This document shows, piece by piece, positions 10,661-25,394 of a stretch of DNA of 64,000 nt. The DNA is taken from NCBI RefSeq assembly GCF_006345805.1, contig NC_043003.1, positions 43,524,001 to 43,588,000 of the forward strand. The letters are read 5' to 3'. Source of the stretch: Octopus sinensis (taxonomy: Eukaryota). Made by a program: the position numbers and the translations under genes. The first letter of the stretch is position 1; every line of letters starts with the position of its first letter. The notes beneath the pieces are model-generated. The model was given only the letters and a program-made list of their open reading frames with translations, was not told the origin of the DNA and searched no databases.

Positions 10661-13162
10661 TTATAAAGGGCGTTCTAGTGATCCTACAATCTCACTGCTT
10701 TCAACTGGTACATAATATTACTAAAAAAAAACAAAAGAATTGAAGTGTAAAGAATGTTAATTATTATGTCTTTACTCGCATGGGAATTTCGTATGAACCT
10801 ATGTTTGCCATATTTCAATTAAACACCTTCCATTAAACCTCGACATATTTTTAAACATTAAGGGTTCTAAACTCATACAAATTAAATCTTTGCTCTCAGA
10901 ACTGAAATGTTGATTTATATTCTTATTGATACTGCTAGTCGTAATATAACTGTAACAGTCCCACTGAAAATTTAGCTCGCATTACTAACTTAACACCACG
11001 AAGAAATATTGTTTATGATTATACGTACTGAAACATTAAGCTTAAAAGTCTCCACAACTATCATTTTTACTTCTCTACATAGAATAAGATTTCCTTGAAG
11101 CCTACTCCATTTTTCGAAGGTACAGTAAACGCCGACGAAGCTAATGTAGTTCCAATCAATAATAGCAAAGCACATGTTCATATTTGGCACGAAAATGTCC
11201 TATTTGAGCTTATTACTGCTTATGATCTCTATACGTTTTTTTGTCTTCCGAGCCAGACGTTGTTTCATACAGTATACTCACTAATGAAGTTTCGTCAATT
11301 CTAATGTAAGCTCTAATCGTTGTTATGCTCACCTCATTCCTCTTTACTGTCACCGCTAACAAGCTGTCTTAGGTGCAGATGATGACACACTTCTTAATCA
11401 TCAGCGCATATATTATCTCACGAAACTGAAGACGCTTCACACCGAACGTGTAAGATCCTCGCGAATAGAAACCTAAAAATATAATTTCTAACGCAGACAA
11501 TGAGAGCTAATATTTGCTTAAATATTTAATATTTGCTTAAAGCACTTCAATGAGACATTCTTATGCCTCAACACTTGTTGCTAGAGACGTTACGTTTCAA
11601 TGGTGATTATAGACATTCATTTACTCGTGAAATAGCGAAAGGGACACACTAGTCAAATCCAGATGTTTTATAAGGTTTAAACAATTCTCTATTATAATTC
11701 CTAGAGTTGATGCATGAGCCACGGGAGAATAGTGCTCCAAAATATAGAAAAACAAACAAATTCTAAACTTCTGTAGATAATTGCAGATCACAAATACTTG
11801 TCCCTTACGCTGTTTATTCTACGGTGAATATCATTACATCAGATATTCAGATCTGTATCCTTGCATGCCACATCTCCTCAAGATCATCACATTCACATCC
11901 ATCACTTCTCTTATTTCCCCCATTAATTTTGTCCTCTAGCAATTATCTTCTTTATTCACTGTTCCCCATCCCTCGTTCCCATAGATTCGGAAAATCTCTT
12001 TACACCTACAGTTATCATACAAAATATTATAGCAAGCTGAACATCAACCAAATCAGTCTCATATATGATGGAGGTCCTGCGAAGGTTGTTTACACAACGC
12101 ATTACCGTTGAATAAATGAAAACAAAATACAGCATGCATACGGCTTGCTTTGAATATGCTCAAATACACATTTCCTAATAAAACTGTATTTATTTTGAGT
12201 ACATTATAAAATTGTGTATTTATTACGTAAGTTAGTATTGACACTTTAAAAGCAGAGGCCATTATAAAGCTAACTGCAAATAACTACGTTGTGAGGGAAA
12301 AAAGATATTTATCAATGACTAATATTAATTTTATTTTGCCAGCAAATACGAGAATCAACATCAGACATGTTTCGATTTTAATCTGACCGGTTCAGTGAAG
12401 CATAACTTAGTTTATCACTGGTTTATGTTAATGGAAACTAGTTGGATGAAAAAGGAGAGTTGGTTCCAGTGGAATCGTCAGAAATGATACAGAAATTTGT
12501 AAATTACTATCATTACTATCTCAGCATCAGCTAAAGATGTAGCATTAATAAAAAGGAAAAGAAAAAGCAAAACATTTCACATAGACTTAAAATGAAAATA
12601 TTGTCGTTATGGTTTTTAGCCTCAGGAATTTACAAATTACAGTTGCATGTTTTACTATTCCACAAAAAGTAGACTTTGATTTTATATTTTTTCATATATT
12701 TTTTTACGCCCAAGCCTGAATCGTGTTAGCGAGAAAATTTGAACTTATCTCTATATAATACAAGACCACTTCAATGATATTAAACATTCTAATTTTTAAC
12801 ATAGTGCCTATGTTAAATTTTTAACATAGTACATAAAGTGTGAGTTGAGAGTCTATTATTTGGACACCGATACTTCTATTACTTGGACACCGGCACTTAT
12901 TTTATTGACCTTGCAAGGACAAATAGCACAGTGGAAATGGGCGAATTTGAAATGTGTTAGAATTTTGGCGGCAAACACCGAATTTTCTAATAACCAAGCT
13001 CAACTGTAGAATATTACCAGTATGAATAATTACATATCTATATATACATAACAAATGTAATTATTTCTTCCAGTGGCAGATAACTACAAATTAGTATGGT
13101 AATAAATTAACTAACTGTATTGTACTATAATGTTAATTATATATCAATTTTCTATTTGACAG

Positions 13163-13284
13163 AAACGGAATGTAATTCACCAATAACGAGTGAGGATTTG
13201 ATTTTAAATAGAAAGGAGAGAATGGAGGAAAAAACAAAACAAATTACATCTGTCTCTGAAGAACCGGCAAGTGTCCTTATATAA
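13163..13284 (+). other. Candidate terminal coding exon (unassigned)
   Basis: Branch-like actaac at ~13110 and acceptor ttttctatttgacag, then (E)TECNSPITSEDLILNRKERMEEKTKQITSVSEEPASVLI*. Confidence 0.25.
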
Positions 13285-13899
13285 GCTCACTTCGACTGCA
13301 AGAAATAAGATCTACCCTTTCACAAATAATTTCTTGTGTTGCCAAAAGGACATGTTCAGCAATATGATAATGAATATACAAAAGATGCTATAGAAAAACA
13401 TAAAATAGATTGCACTATAAGTGTGGTCAAATACCTTTTACCCGGGTCCAAGCAACAACAGGCATTAAAACATGGTGTTTAATTTTAGTGCAAATGAAAG
13501 GCCAAGTAAATGTAGTTGATTTTTGCAGCGTGCATAAACACACTTCTCTGGAGTACAGCAATTTTTTCAACGAATTATCTGTTTTCCTGTACTAACAGAA
13601 ATAACGATAATTCTAATTATAATAATTGTTGTTATTCGGATCAGATTATGCGATGTTCACCATAGCATAAATCAGTATCCAACAAGAGACAAACAAGTTA
13701 GGGTGTATATATATATATGCATATAAAATAAAAATGCGCACTTTTTGTAACAAATTTAAGTGAATATGAAGTCATACTCGAATAGATATGTACGCATATA
13801 AAGACATATTTACATGTACAGGTATGCGCACACGGGGTGTACTTAGCCAACAAATAGTATATACGCAAAATAACTTGCGTATGAAAATCTATATTTAAG

Positions 13900-14320
13900 T
13901 AATTAATGTCTCGGTCGACCCTTCATCCACCCACTCTCTAAAACCTAGACCCCATTCCGAATATTAATGCCTCTATTTGTAACTTGGATAACAGCAACAG
14001 AGTATTTCAGTATACTTGGGTAAATTTTCCTTCAGACACGAACCCCTAAATACGTTTGAATCTACGACTGCCCTGTGAAGTATTCCGATAAGGACTTAAA
14101 TTTATTGCTTCCTACATCGGAGGAATATATTCGATTTCACTACTCTTCTATATCACTGGCCTCCGCTCTTTGAGATAGTTTGTGCCTCGGAAAAGAAAAC
14201 TGTCTCTATCGTCATAGTCCTGCATATAACATCTTCATTCTTTATAAGTAACTCTCGGCAATTCTGAGACATTGAATATTATGTTGTTTCTCCAAACCAT
14301 AGCCCTGCCATATCACAGCA
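13900..14320 (-). mobile_element. Possible very old LINE reverse-transcriptase fragment
   Basis: Minus-strand pieces LYAG (for LYADD) and QTYLGVRV at plausible spacing; strongly decayed. Confidence 0.3.
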
Positions 14321-14667
14321 GTATCTCCACTTATCGCTTCAAAAAACTATCGCATTATCACAAGTTTCCCTCACATACAGAGATAATACCAAGTAGCAAG
14401 GGAATTACTAAGATAACGAATGAGATTCATTAGAGCGTTAAAAATATGTCTTGAATCATTTATTGCGACCCTCTATATTCTTAAGTCATATTTGATTTCC
14501 ATCATACAAGGTTAGGAAATTAGAATACCTGTCAGGAGCAATACTGCTCTCACCACCTTACATCGCTACCCAGATAATTGTAATGAACTAGTAAATGAAA
14601 ATATGGTGATTACTAAAAGTCCCTTAACAAGCTCATAGCACTTAATCCTTTCTACTATAGCCACAAT

Positions 14668-14853
14668 GCCTGATATTTCGTTGGAAGCATTAAGTCAATC
14701 GTATCGACCCCAGTTCAGAACTGTTACTTATTTTCTCAACCCCGAAAGGATGTAAAGGCAAAATTGACCTCCGCGGAATTTGAACTCAGAACGGACGAAA
14801 TGCCGCCAAACATTTCGCCAGTCATGCTAACGACTCTGTCAGCTCGCCACCTT
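14668..14853 (-). mobile_element. SINE family 2 (tRNA-derived head)
   Basis: Reverse complement starts aaggtggcgagctgacagagtcgttagcat...gttctgagttcaaattccgcggaggtcaattttgcc, matching the 33758 copy. Confidence 0.9.
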
Positions 14854-15779
14854 ATAACCTTTAATAGTTAAAGATTATATCAGAATTTATTTGTCAAGGA
14901 ATGAGGCTTCGAATAGAAAAGAGCATGATATGTGAGCAGATTTATAGAGGTCGATAGATCTAATGCCGGACCACTTGTGATCAGTGATGGTATATACATT
15001 CTTCTTCGTTCATTCCAGCATGCACATGGAGATGCATTCGTTAGCCTGTTAATAATTTGCACTTAGTTTCATCTACATACGTCCCCCCACGGTTCTGTCA
15101 ATGATAATGGATTGCCTGCCAATGTAAACTTTATATTAATGTAGCATGTGATATAAGGTAAAGACTGGTGTGAATGGCATGTTGTACTTAAATTAAAATA
15201 AACTAATTAATTTTTATCGTTATTAGATTACGTGAAATTTATTTTTCAAGCAAAAAAGATGGCTTTTAGACAGTGATTCAAACTCCATTAAAATAATCTA
15301 AGCATACGTACATATTCACTTCACCACACAAACACAAGTATATATATATTTAAATCGATACATAGACAGATAGATAAAAACATAGATATTATATTTATAT
15401 CTATTTATCTATGTGTGTGAGAGTGTGTGTATATACTACAGATGCATATCAGCGAGTTGCTGTTTGAAACAACAAAAAAGCAGCGTACAACTTGTTGCAA
15501 TTTGCAACAGGCACTCACACTTAACACGTACCTTCTTATTCACATACACATTCAATTATACACGTATGTATATAAAAATATAAACCTGCATGCATATATG
15601 TATATGTATGAAATTCATAACTCCCTAGGTAATTAGCTATTTACTCACAAATTAAAGTGTATTCTTCACTTGTTTTTCTGAGTTAAGAAATGCAATAAAT
15701 TCTATCATATACATATATACGTGATAAATAGATAGATGCACACACACACACATGCACACGCACGCATATGCAGACTAAG

Positions 15780-15857
<78 letters not shown>

Positions 15858-16613
15858 GAGATAGATAGATAGATAGATAAATATGGATATATATATACAG
15901 ATAGATAGATATATTTGCATATAAATATTTGTGTGTGTCTTTGTATATATATGCACATTTTAAAGAAATTAATTAACTAATTTATATTTAGTTCATGTTT
16001 CATTATAGCCAATCGGAATGGTTATATTTTATGTTTCATAATTATTATATGTATGTAAGTGACTGTGGTGTTTGAGAATAAAATCATGTTTCCTCATACT
16101 TTAGGATGTATAACAAAAAATAAATAGTTTCTGTGATTCAACTATCCACTTTAATTGTTGACATTATCAAAACATCTACACTCTGACGAAATCTACTACG
16201 GCCATATACACACTATGTCATCAAAACACTACCAACCGAATGTCCATCGCAACCAGGACGAACGTTGAGACTACAACCATTACAGCCAACATCATCGCGA
16301 AACGTGCAATATCAAAGCCACCACAAGAACCAACACTACCACCAATATTGTAAACAACTCAACTACAAAATGCAATCAGCCAGCTTTACTATCACAAATA
16401 TCACAGTAACGCCATGTCAAAAGATATAATGAAATCTATATAATACATTACCAAAACGACTAAAGCGATAAGCACTACCGCCGTGACAGCCAATACCCTA
16501 TGTCACCTCATCTTTACCATATTAACGAACTTGAACACAAATGGTACAACAATAAAAAATATCACTGCCTACTCATTTTCCTCTGCTTATAAATATCTAT
16601 AAATCTATAAATA

Positions 16614-16990
16614 GGTGCAGGAGTGGCTGTGTGGTAAGTAGCTTGCTTACCAACCACATGGTTCCGGGTTCAGTCCCACTGCGTGGCATCTTGGGCAAGT
16701 GTCTTCTGCTATAGCCCCGGGCCGACCAATGCCTTGTGAGTGGATTTGGTAGACGGAAACTGAAAGAAACCCGTCGCATATATATATATATGCGTGTGTG
16801 TGTTTGTGTCTATGTTTGTCCTCCTAGCATTGCTTGACAATCGATGTTGGCGTGTTTATGTCCCCGTTACTTAGCGGTTCGGCAAAAGAGACCGATAGAA
16901 TAAGTCCCGGGGTCGATTTGCTCGACTAAAGTCGGTGCTCCAGCATGGCCGCAGTCAAATGACTGAAACAAGTAAAAGAGTAAAAGAGAG
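16614..16990 (+). mobile_element. SINE family 1, near full length
   Basis: Pol III A box tggctgtgtggt and B box ggttcagtccc, body, internal (TA)n(TG)n, tail gcagtcaaatgactgaaacaagtaaaagagtaaaagag; further copies at 8.2 and 22.9 kb. Confidence 0.93.
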
Positions 16991-17289
16991 TAAGAATATC
17001 TCTAGGAATAACAAATTTACATAACGTACAGTGTTAAGTGCTATATGCACGATGTTTTCGTGCATTTAGTGTACGAAATTTTCGTGTGTTTAGTGCGCAA
17101 GAAAGAGAATTACAAGATATTGAATTTTGATAGTGAAGAAAATATTTATAGCCATACACCAAACAATCATTTCCCTACTTAGTGATCTGTAAAAGCTTCA
17201 TAACAAAGGAATTACAAGTTATTAGTTAATAAGATCGGCTTGATTCAAGTTAGAGAAACTGTTATTATTTTGTTATTATTTAATACAGT

Positions 17290-17470
17290 GGGAAGGAGAC
17301 AAAATGGCTGAATCGTCAGCATACCGGTCAAAATGCTTACAGGCATTACATCTGTATTTTCACCCTTTCGAGGTAGAGGAAATAAGTACAATGTGACCAG
17401 TGGGGTCGATGTAATCAATTTATCTCTTCCCACAAAATCGTTGCTGACCTTGTACCAAATTATGAAACCA
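17290..17470 (+). mobile_element. SINE family 2, decayed and internally deleted
   Basis: tggctgaatcgtcagcataccggtcaaaatgctta...ggggtcgatgtaatcaatt matches the family 2 head and core. Confidence 0.75.
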
Positions 17471-18699
17471 ATATTTAATACAGTGGCTGTTACTTTTAAT
17501 CATTAGTCAGTTGATATATTCCCTATTCATTTAATAAAAGCTATATCTTACTCAATGTACGCTTGGAAATTGCTCTAATAGTTATAAAATTATTATCCAG
17601 TAATAGAACAGACCAAATTTTGTCAGTCCGACACTTGAATTTTCTCATTAATGTAAACATCTGTGGTAATATCTATTTCCTGTTCCTTTTCTTCTCGAAT
17701 ATAAAGTGGGGTTCTGAGTTCAGCAAAAAATATATTCAGTTATTGATTTTACGCATATCAAACTTAGCAATATTGAATTGTTTGTATTTTGATTTACTAA
17801 AAAAGAAATGTTTGTTAAAAAAATAATATAAAATAGACTAGAAAAGCTTTCAAAACATTCGATATCATCCAACGCTACTTATTCACCCCTGACTTTTAAT
17901 TTACACCTAAGTGCTTTCATTTTACTTTGAAATTTCAAATATGTTATTAAAAAAGAACATGAAAAAAAACCAAAACCCTCACTAAACGATTTAACACCAA
18001 TATTGTGCAGGAATTTTAACCACCACTTCACATTTATTGTTTCCTAAACTGAAAGTGATTGAAAGTTATTACTTAATATTCGCTTGAATTGCCAAATTTA
18101 ACCAGTTCAGCAGAACTGAGAATTAATATTAATACATCAAACCATTATTCAAGCTGAAGTTACTGGGAAAATCCTGAGCATGTGTTTATAGTGCCCCCTC
18201 GGAAATCTATATCGTGCAGCCACATTACTTAGCTGCACGTAGCTGGCTGTCTATGTATCTGCCAGTCTATCTATTTCTGTACGTATTATAAATATGTACA
18301 TGATGTAGGTGTGTGTATATGTATGTGTGTATGTGCGTGTATGTGTGTGTGAGTTTGTGCGTGTACGTGTGAGTGTACGTTCACTCACGCATGTGTATGC
18401 TTACATGTGTTCGTGTGTCAATTGGCTGAATGCCAGTTGAATATAAAACAGACTGTACAGCAGTAGAAAGTGACCGAGAGTGTGATAGCAACGAGCGAGT
18501 TTTTTTTTGTGTGAGGGAAAATGATACCTGTACTACATGTACTTCAGTATTTATTACTTTAAAAACAATATATACGTTCGTCCATATATTTTTTTCTCCT
18601 TTTATTATAAGCTCAACACCTCAAATATTTGGGGGAGGACGGGGGATTCGATTACATTTCCCTCAGTGTTTAACTGACACTTAAATTATAATTTCGGAA

Positions 18700-18795
18700 A
18701 TTATGAAAGGTAAAGTTGACCTCGGCAGTGTTTGAACTTAGAATGCAAAGACAGAAGAAATATCGCTGTGCATTTTGTCCGGCGTGCTCACTGCC
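18700..18795 (-). mobile_element. SINE family 2 fragment
   Basis: gaaaggtaaagttgacctcggcagtgtttgaacttagaa...cattttgtccggcgtgct matches 56336-56459. Confidence 0.8.
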
Positions 18796-21562
18796 TCTGT
18801 GTATATATTAGTATTAAGTATGTGTGTATAATCATTGTTTTAAGATAAGTGCATCGATGTCATTAAACGTATTACCAATGTACTTTTATGGGCTCAATAT
18901 GGGCTTATTCTAAGTAAATCGTTGAAAAAACATAAATGTAATTTCTTTTTAATGCACTCTGTTGCATGTTAACTTCGATTGGATGTCGCCAGGTATTTAT
19001 TAAGAAATTGCTGCCCAAGATTACTTCCCACTCAATTCAACTTTTTTTACCATTTTAGGCTCAATAAAAAAAAAAATGTACCAATGAAGAGCAGAGGATT
19101 GGCTGAATTGTGGCAATCTTCAACTGGATTCATTGTGCATTTGTTTCGATTCTCTTCTCTTAGTCAAATTCCGACTAGGTTCCTAAATGCACCGCTGCCA
19201 ACCTTCAGGCTTAGCGTTGCAAGAAAGTCAAGCTCTCAAACAAAGACTAGAATTTATCTAGTTCTATCCTTTGTTTTTCGAACTAAATAACTGATGCTGA
19301 GCCCAGTCGAAAGTGGAGTTCCTCCAGCTATTATGTGCGATTATGCTTGTATCGGTTTGTGCGAATGTAAGTGTACGTGCTTGAAAGTAATATTGTAATT
19401 GTGTGTGTTTGTTTTGAAAAGTATGTAAACAATTTTCTACATTCAGAAAATAAACGAAACCAAATTAAGAAACGATTAAATAAATTGTAAGTGAATACAT
19501 GACACGAAACCAAGTGCATGATTTTTTAAACTATGATCCTGATCTACGTTTTCCAGTTGGATAAAACTTGTTCCAAGATCAGGCTCTAAATTGCAACCTA
19601 TGCTTTTGTTTAATACTCAGATATTTCACTTCTGTTCTATACAGACATTTCTCATTCACAAGAATTCCGAAGCAATATACTCTAAGTATCTCCTATACAG
19701 AGAGCATCTGTATGGTCAATCGGCCTATTAGAGATAGATGCTAATTTACCTGGAATCTCACGTTACATAATGAGTTCTACATAATAGTAAATGATGAACA
19801 AACTATGATAGTTAACAATTTATATTCCGAATACCCCTTAATTACGAACAAATGAGTTTTCGTACCCAATAATTGTAATAATATTGCACTACTGATACAT
19901 TGTTTTCTGACTCCCTCTCTCTCTATATTTATGCGCACAAAAGCCCGTGCTAATATCCACACATACACACACATGCACGCACACATACAAAATATATATA
20001 GATCTCCATATCGTTTTTCCTCGGTTGTTGCACAGCTAAAAGCTCTCCACCGATGACCAACTTTCTTTTCTTTCCCGTCTATCTACAGACATTTTATAGT
20101 TATTCATAAAAAAATACGTATATATCATTTTATCTAAGCTTGTGTTAATCATAACATCGAATTATTTAATTTAGATGATTACTTATTGTAGATTTAGCAC
20201 ACCCTTTCGATCCTTATAAGTTTGGAAGGTCTGTAAATTTACTTGCTTTTTAAACACAGTTTAATATAGATTAATAACAAGTTTTATCCTATCGACCTTC
20301 GAGTAGCGAAAGCGAAATTAATTTCCGGTTAACTCCAGATCTGAATGCTGAATGACTAAACTGCGTAAGTTAAGTAATTATTCTGACATTCTTCTGATCT
20401 TCTCATCCTACCACACTTCGTACCACACTACACTGTATTACAATGCAATGCACAGAGTTGCGTCTTATTTATCTACAACATTATGTTCTTAAACTATAAC
20501 TGCATCACATAAACACTAACATTCCCGCAGTTAGATAAAGTTTGTTTATCTCTTCCAAGGGTTTCGATTTTCTCTTCAGAAAAAAATGCTGTGTTACAGA
20601 AAGAGAGTAATTTAGTCTTGTATATTGGAGTTTACATCCCGTAGATATAACTTCGTTTATCATTATTCAGCTTTGGATGAAATAGAAACCAGTTATTGTA
20701 TATATATATATGTATTTATTAATTTGCTTAATTTTAATAGCGCATTGTTCTAATTCCATAATGTTCTTGGTGCATGTCAATGGATTATTTTTATTTTCAA
20801 AGAAGACAAACGTCTGATTATATCCCACCCCTAGAATCATCATAACTCGGCTGATTCCTCTATTCGCACTCACACAGATATGGAAAAAGATGTAATTACA
20901 TATGGAGTGAATTAGAGCTCTGAGAAAACAACAACAACAAAAACGATTCTCTCAATTAGTGTAATCAGTTAAGCTGTTAAGAATGCGGGGTGTAGGCGAA
21001 CGGACAAAAGCGATTTTCTCAAATGCAATTCCTGTTTCCATTTTACTAAGTTGTCACGCAGTGAGACTCAATCATGGGCTATGTAGTTTAGAAACAAGCT
21101 TCTCATTATACTGACACGCCGTAATAATATTACTTTGATAAACAATATTCTCCGTGAACAGCTAAAGATTCTAGCTAATGAAATGTGATAAAATCTAAAA
21201 ATAAAATTGAAAGAAATTTAGCTTTGGGGCCTGAAAAGATAAAATATATAATGACAAGTGTCTAAATATTTCTATATGGAAAAATTTGTTTAAAAGTCTG
21301 TAGTTATATTCTGTTTTTGATATGTATATTTCATCAGGACTGGCTGACCTGACAAAAACACAACGAAACGTGAGTCGGTATCAGCAGAATTATATATGGC
21401 AATCATAGTTAAAATGAAAAGTTAAAAACAATATGTGTAAAAACATCGAGAATCAAGAAAACACAGACAAAATTATGAAACGAAAACTTGTTATAATGCC
21501 TAATTTAATGTTAACATGATTGATATTTTGTCAAAGCTAATCCGTATAACGTGATTTTCACC

Positions 21563-21601
<39 letters not shown>

Positions 21602-22889
21602 ATATATATTATATATATATATATATATAAACAAATCAAATTGCGATAAAATAAAAATAATTATAATCGCTGATATATATATATATATATATGTCGGTAT
21701 GAAGAATGTGTTGTCAGTGGGAACGCGCCATGTATGTTTTCCATTTTTCCATTTGGAATTCGAAATTATATTGTTTAATTAATTAATTGATTTTAATCTT
21801 GAATTTAATGATGACACTTTGCCATATGGATATATTTGCTATCAAAAATTGTGGCTATTACGTGGGTGTTCATGTGTGTATTTCTGTGCATATGTTTATG
21901 TTTGAGCATGGAGAAATAACTATAATATACAGCAAATAGGTAGGGTATTCGATATTTTATAAAACACAGGTATTCCAATAACATACAGTAATAATTACAT
22001 TACAGTTGTAGAAATATTATGCAATGTTGCACTTCACACCATCAGTGTTTTCCAATAAATATCTTGTATGTATATGTTTACATGTGAGTTGCAAGATAAC
22101 TTTTAATATTGTCACTGACAATATTTAAGTCATAACATGGAATGAGTTACAGAGATGTGTGTACACTATATCAATACCTGAAGACTGGTATCTGAAAAAG
22201 CATATAATTTCTTCATACTTATTCGTCATATATTTTGTATCATTACACGTGTGTGTGCGTGAGTGAGTGAGAGTTAGGAATCTGGAGTGGGAGAGAAGAG
22301 ATTGTCAAAGCAGCAATATCAACAGGAGCACTAACAGTAATAGCAACAAGAACAGAAGCAGTAACGACAAGGAAATAACAACAGCAAAAAATATCAAGAG
22401 CAACAAAGAAGGGCTTCCTGTGAAATTAAACTCTATTTTCCGAAACTAATTTAAAGGAATCCCGGGCCCTTCTGTCATTTCATGTATTGGTTTCACGTAC
22501 AATGATCGTGGCTGTATATACAATTAGTGTCCGGAGAAGCTTGCCTTAACAGTCCTACTAAACACTAAAAAAAAACATCACAACATCACAGCTTCCTAAA
22601 CAAGAGTGCCACTCGGCTATTGCTCTTACAATGGCTCCAAAAGCTGGGCTTCACCATTTACGAGGATCTCCCCTTGCGTAAGCATAGCAAAGAGCATATT
22701 CAAATCGAGAGCCTTCTACGCTGCTGAGCAACAGGGTCTTTCTAACATCTAGAAAGTGCTGATAGTGAAGACTTTGATAACATGTATTGCTTCTACGAAA
22801 AGAGTGCTCAGTTGGTTGTTACAAAATAACTGACAGACACACGCCTGCCTTGGCACAAAAGCATGCCACATCCACTCTGTGTTTTCTAT

Positions 22890-23380
<491 letters not shown>

Positions 23381-23394
23381 ATTTAACAAAAACC

Positions 23395-23700
23395 GGCTGC
23401 CCCTACAGTTGATTTTTGTAAAATCGAAGCACGGTCGTTCATGAAGTTCCCCATTTTAGAAAGAAGAGAGGCGGCGGAAATCTATGGCTTTCGGACTTTT
23501 TTATTTCGAGGTCATATATAAACCCTGATCAGGATGGCCAACTTCCGCAACCAGAGAGGACAAAGCCGACGCAGCGCATGTCGAGATATTCGAGGACCGC
23601 CGGATCTTAGCTAAAGTCCTAACTGAACCTCTGAGAATTTACGGCGCAAGACTTGTCCACATCATCCGCAACATTCGGGACAAACATCCTCAACAGCGTA
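23395..23700 (+). mobile_element. Mariner transposase N-terminal remnant
   Basis: Reads EARSFMKFPILERREAAEIYG and FEDRRILAKVLTEPLRIYGARLVHII, resembling mariner HTH1 (R.VIKFL...G....EIH) and HTH2 (EDRR.T..EIA..LGIS...V..I). Confidence 0.7.
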
Positions 23701-24772
23701 AATACCAGATGTATGAGTGCATAGATGTGGATGTCTGAATCTTCTGCGTCTGTACCTGCTTCAGTTGTGTATAAAAGTGTGGGCGTGTATAAGCAGACGA
23801 TGGCATCACCTTATTGGTGCGAATGTGCGTACTTGCTAGGCCGTGTGTACGTTTGGTGCGGGTGCATATCAGTCAAGTGTGAGTACCCCCGTACGCGAAC
23901 ATCTCGGGGATTTTCGAGTTGGATTGAGGTTTGAAATTTTTTGGGGAAATTTGGTTGTGTTAGAGAGAGAAACAGAAGAAAAGCATACGTACATAGCTTT
24001 ACATCAGTGTGTATGTGTGTGTGTGTGTGTGTGCGTGTGTGTGGACGTGGTAGGTTAGAGTGTCTGAGTAAGTTTTGAATATACTTATGTATGTATGCAA
24101 TATTTTATTAAGCTATTAACTGGAGTTTACCCTATTAAGATATTTACAGGTGCAAGCTCTCAAGCAAGGCGGTAATCCGGAGATTAATTGCATAAGCAAA
24201 CACATATCAAAATTCACCAACACCCGTATTGTTTTTACAATTCCTAACAAGTGAAATGAACTCAGCAAGGCTAGGCTGTTTTTCTTTTTTTCATCTTATA
24301 TTTGCTTCATCCGATTTCAATCACATGAATCTTTCTATCATTAGGCAATGATATATGCATGTACTCTTTCTTGAAGTGTCATTGAAATGAAACAATGAAA
24401 CAGATCCCCAGAATTATGTATAAAATTAATTTGTTGTAGGAACGTGAATTACGATGGATTTCTACATACAAGTTGGGCGTGCTTACATTGATTCCATATA
24501 TATGTTAGAAAGACAACAATCTTTTTTTAATAAACCTGGTAATAAAGGACCAGGATTAGTAAAAAGTACAGTAAAGAAGCAGAAAAAAAAAACATGTCCG
24601 TTTGCTTGATTTTAGGGGCTACAATATCCAACTAGTCGGTTACCTGATTCTATGTCGAGAAAAGTCTTTCATAGCTGTGTTCTTCAATAATGTTTTATTA
24701 CTCTTAAAGTGCTTTTATTCCATCAGCTAGTATTTAGATATATAGGTGATGATATATGCATTTTCTATATAT

Positions 24773-24868
<96 letters not shown>

Positions 24869-25104
24869 CAAGGTTCGAGGTGTGGGAACAAAGTTAGCTT
24901 CAAGCAATCCGTATTATAAGGAACAGCTTTCAGGGACAATTGTGATTTATTGAGACGGATGTTTGTGGAACTTTTCGCATCAAAGTACGATACATTGAGA
25001 AAAGTTCTTATATTTCACGGTAGGCGATCAGGGTTGCCGGGTATCCAAATAAGAATAGAAGAATTAAGGAATAAAATAGTTAAACTACCTCTGCATTTCT
25101 GTCA

Positions 25105-25280
25105 TAGCGAGCGGAATCTCAGAAGTGGTAAATATCCAAGCGTTGTGTATACTTTAGGCTGCTCATCAGCCGAATTAAGTAAACATTTACATTGTCTCTA
25201 AGAGGTAAATGTTAACTCATAGAAGATTCGATTAAAACAACTCGCTTTGATATTTACCACTTCTGATGTTCGGCTCGCTA
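25105..25280. mobile_element. MITE-like element with ~40-bp terminal inverted repeats, TA-flanked
   Basis: tagcgagcggaatctcagaagtggtaaatatccaagcgttg (25105-25145) vs caactcgctttgatatttaccacttctgatgttcggctcgcta (25238-25280); 18-bp exact core; TA at both ends. Confidence 0.65.
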
Positions 25281-25394
25281 AGAAACACATGCAACCCGGA
25301 TTTTACCTACTTCGTTCCTTAACTCTTCTCTCTCTCTCTCCTTGTACCCCCTCTCTCTCTCTCTCAATCTCTCTCGATATATATATATATATAT

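Noticed and set aside
11090-11190. Signal-peptide-like frame TCALLLLIGTTLASSAF on the minus strand
   Set aside because: An in-frame stop lies immediately upstream, with no start codon or acceptor
12360-12400. Further hammerhead-like GAAAC-palindrome motifs (also ~21345-21385, ~21700-21730, ~35780-35810)
   Set aside because: The CUGANGA core or stems are too degraded to support a call
16190-16560. Mucin-like Thr-rich coding region
   Set aside because: A decayed (ACC/AAC)n repeat with stops in all frames
18421-18480. Core promoter (reverse CCAAT plus TATAAAA)
   Set aside because: Such motifs are expected by chance in AT-rich DNA, and no downstream gene was identified
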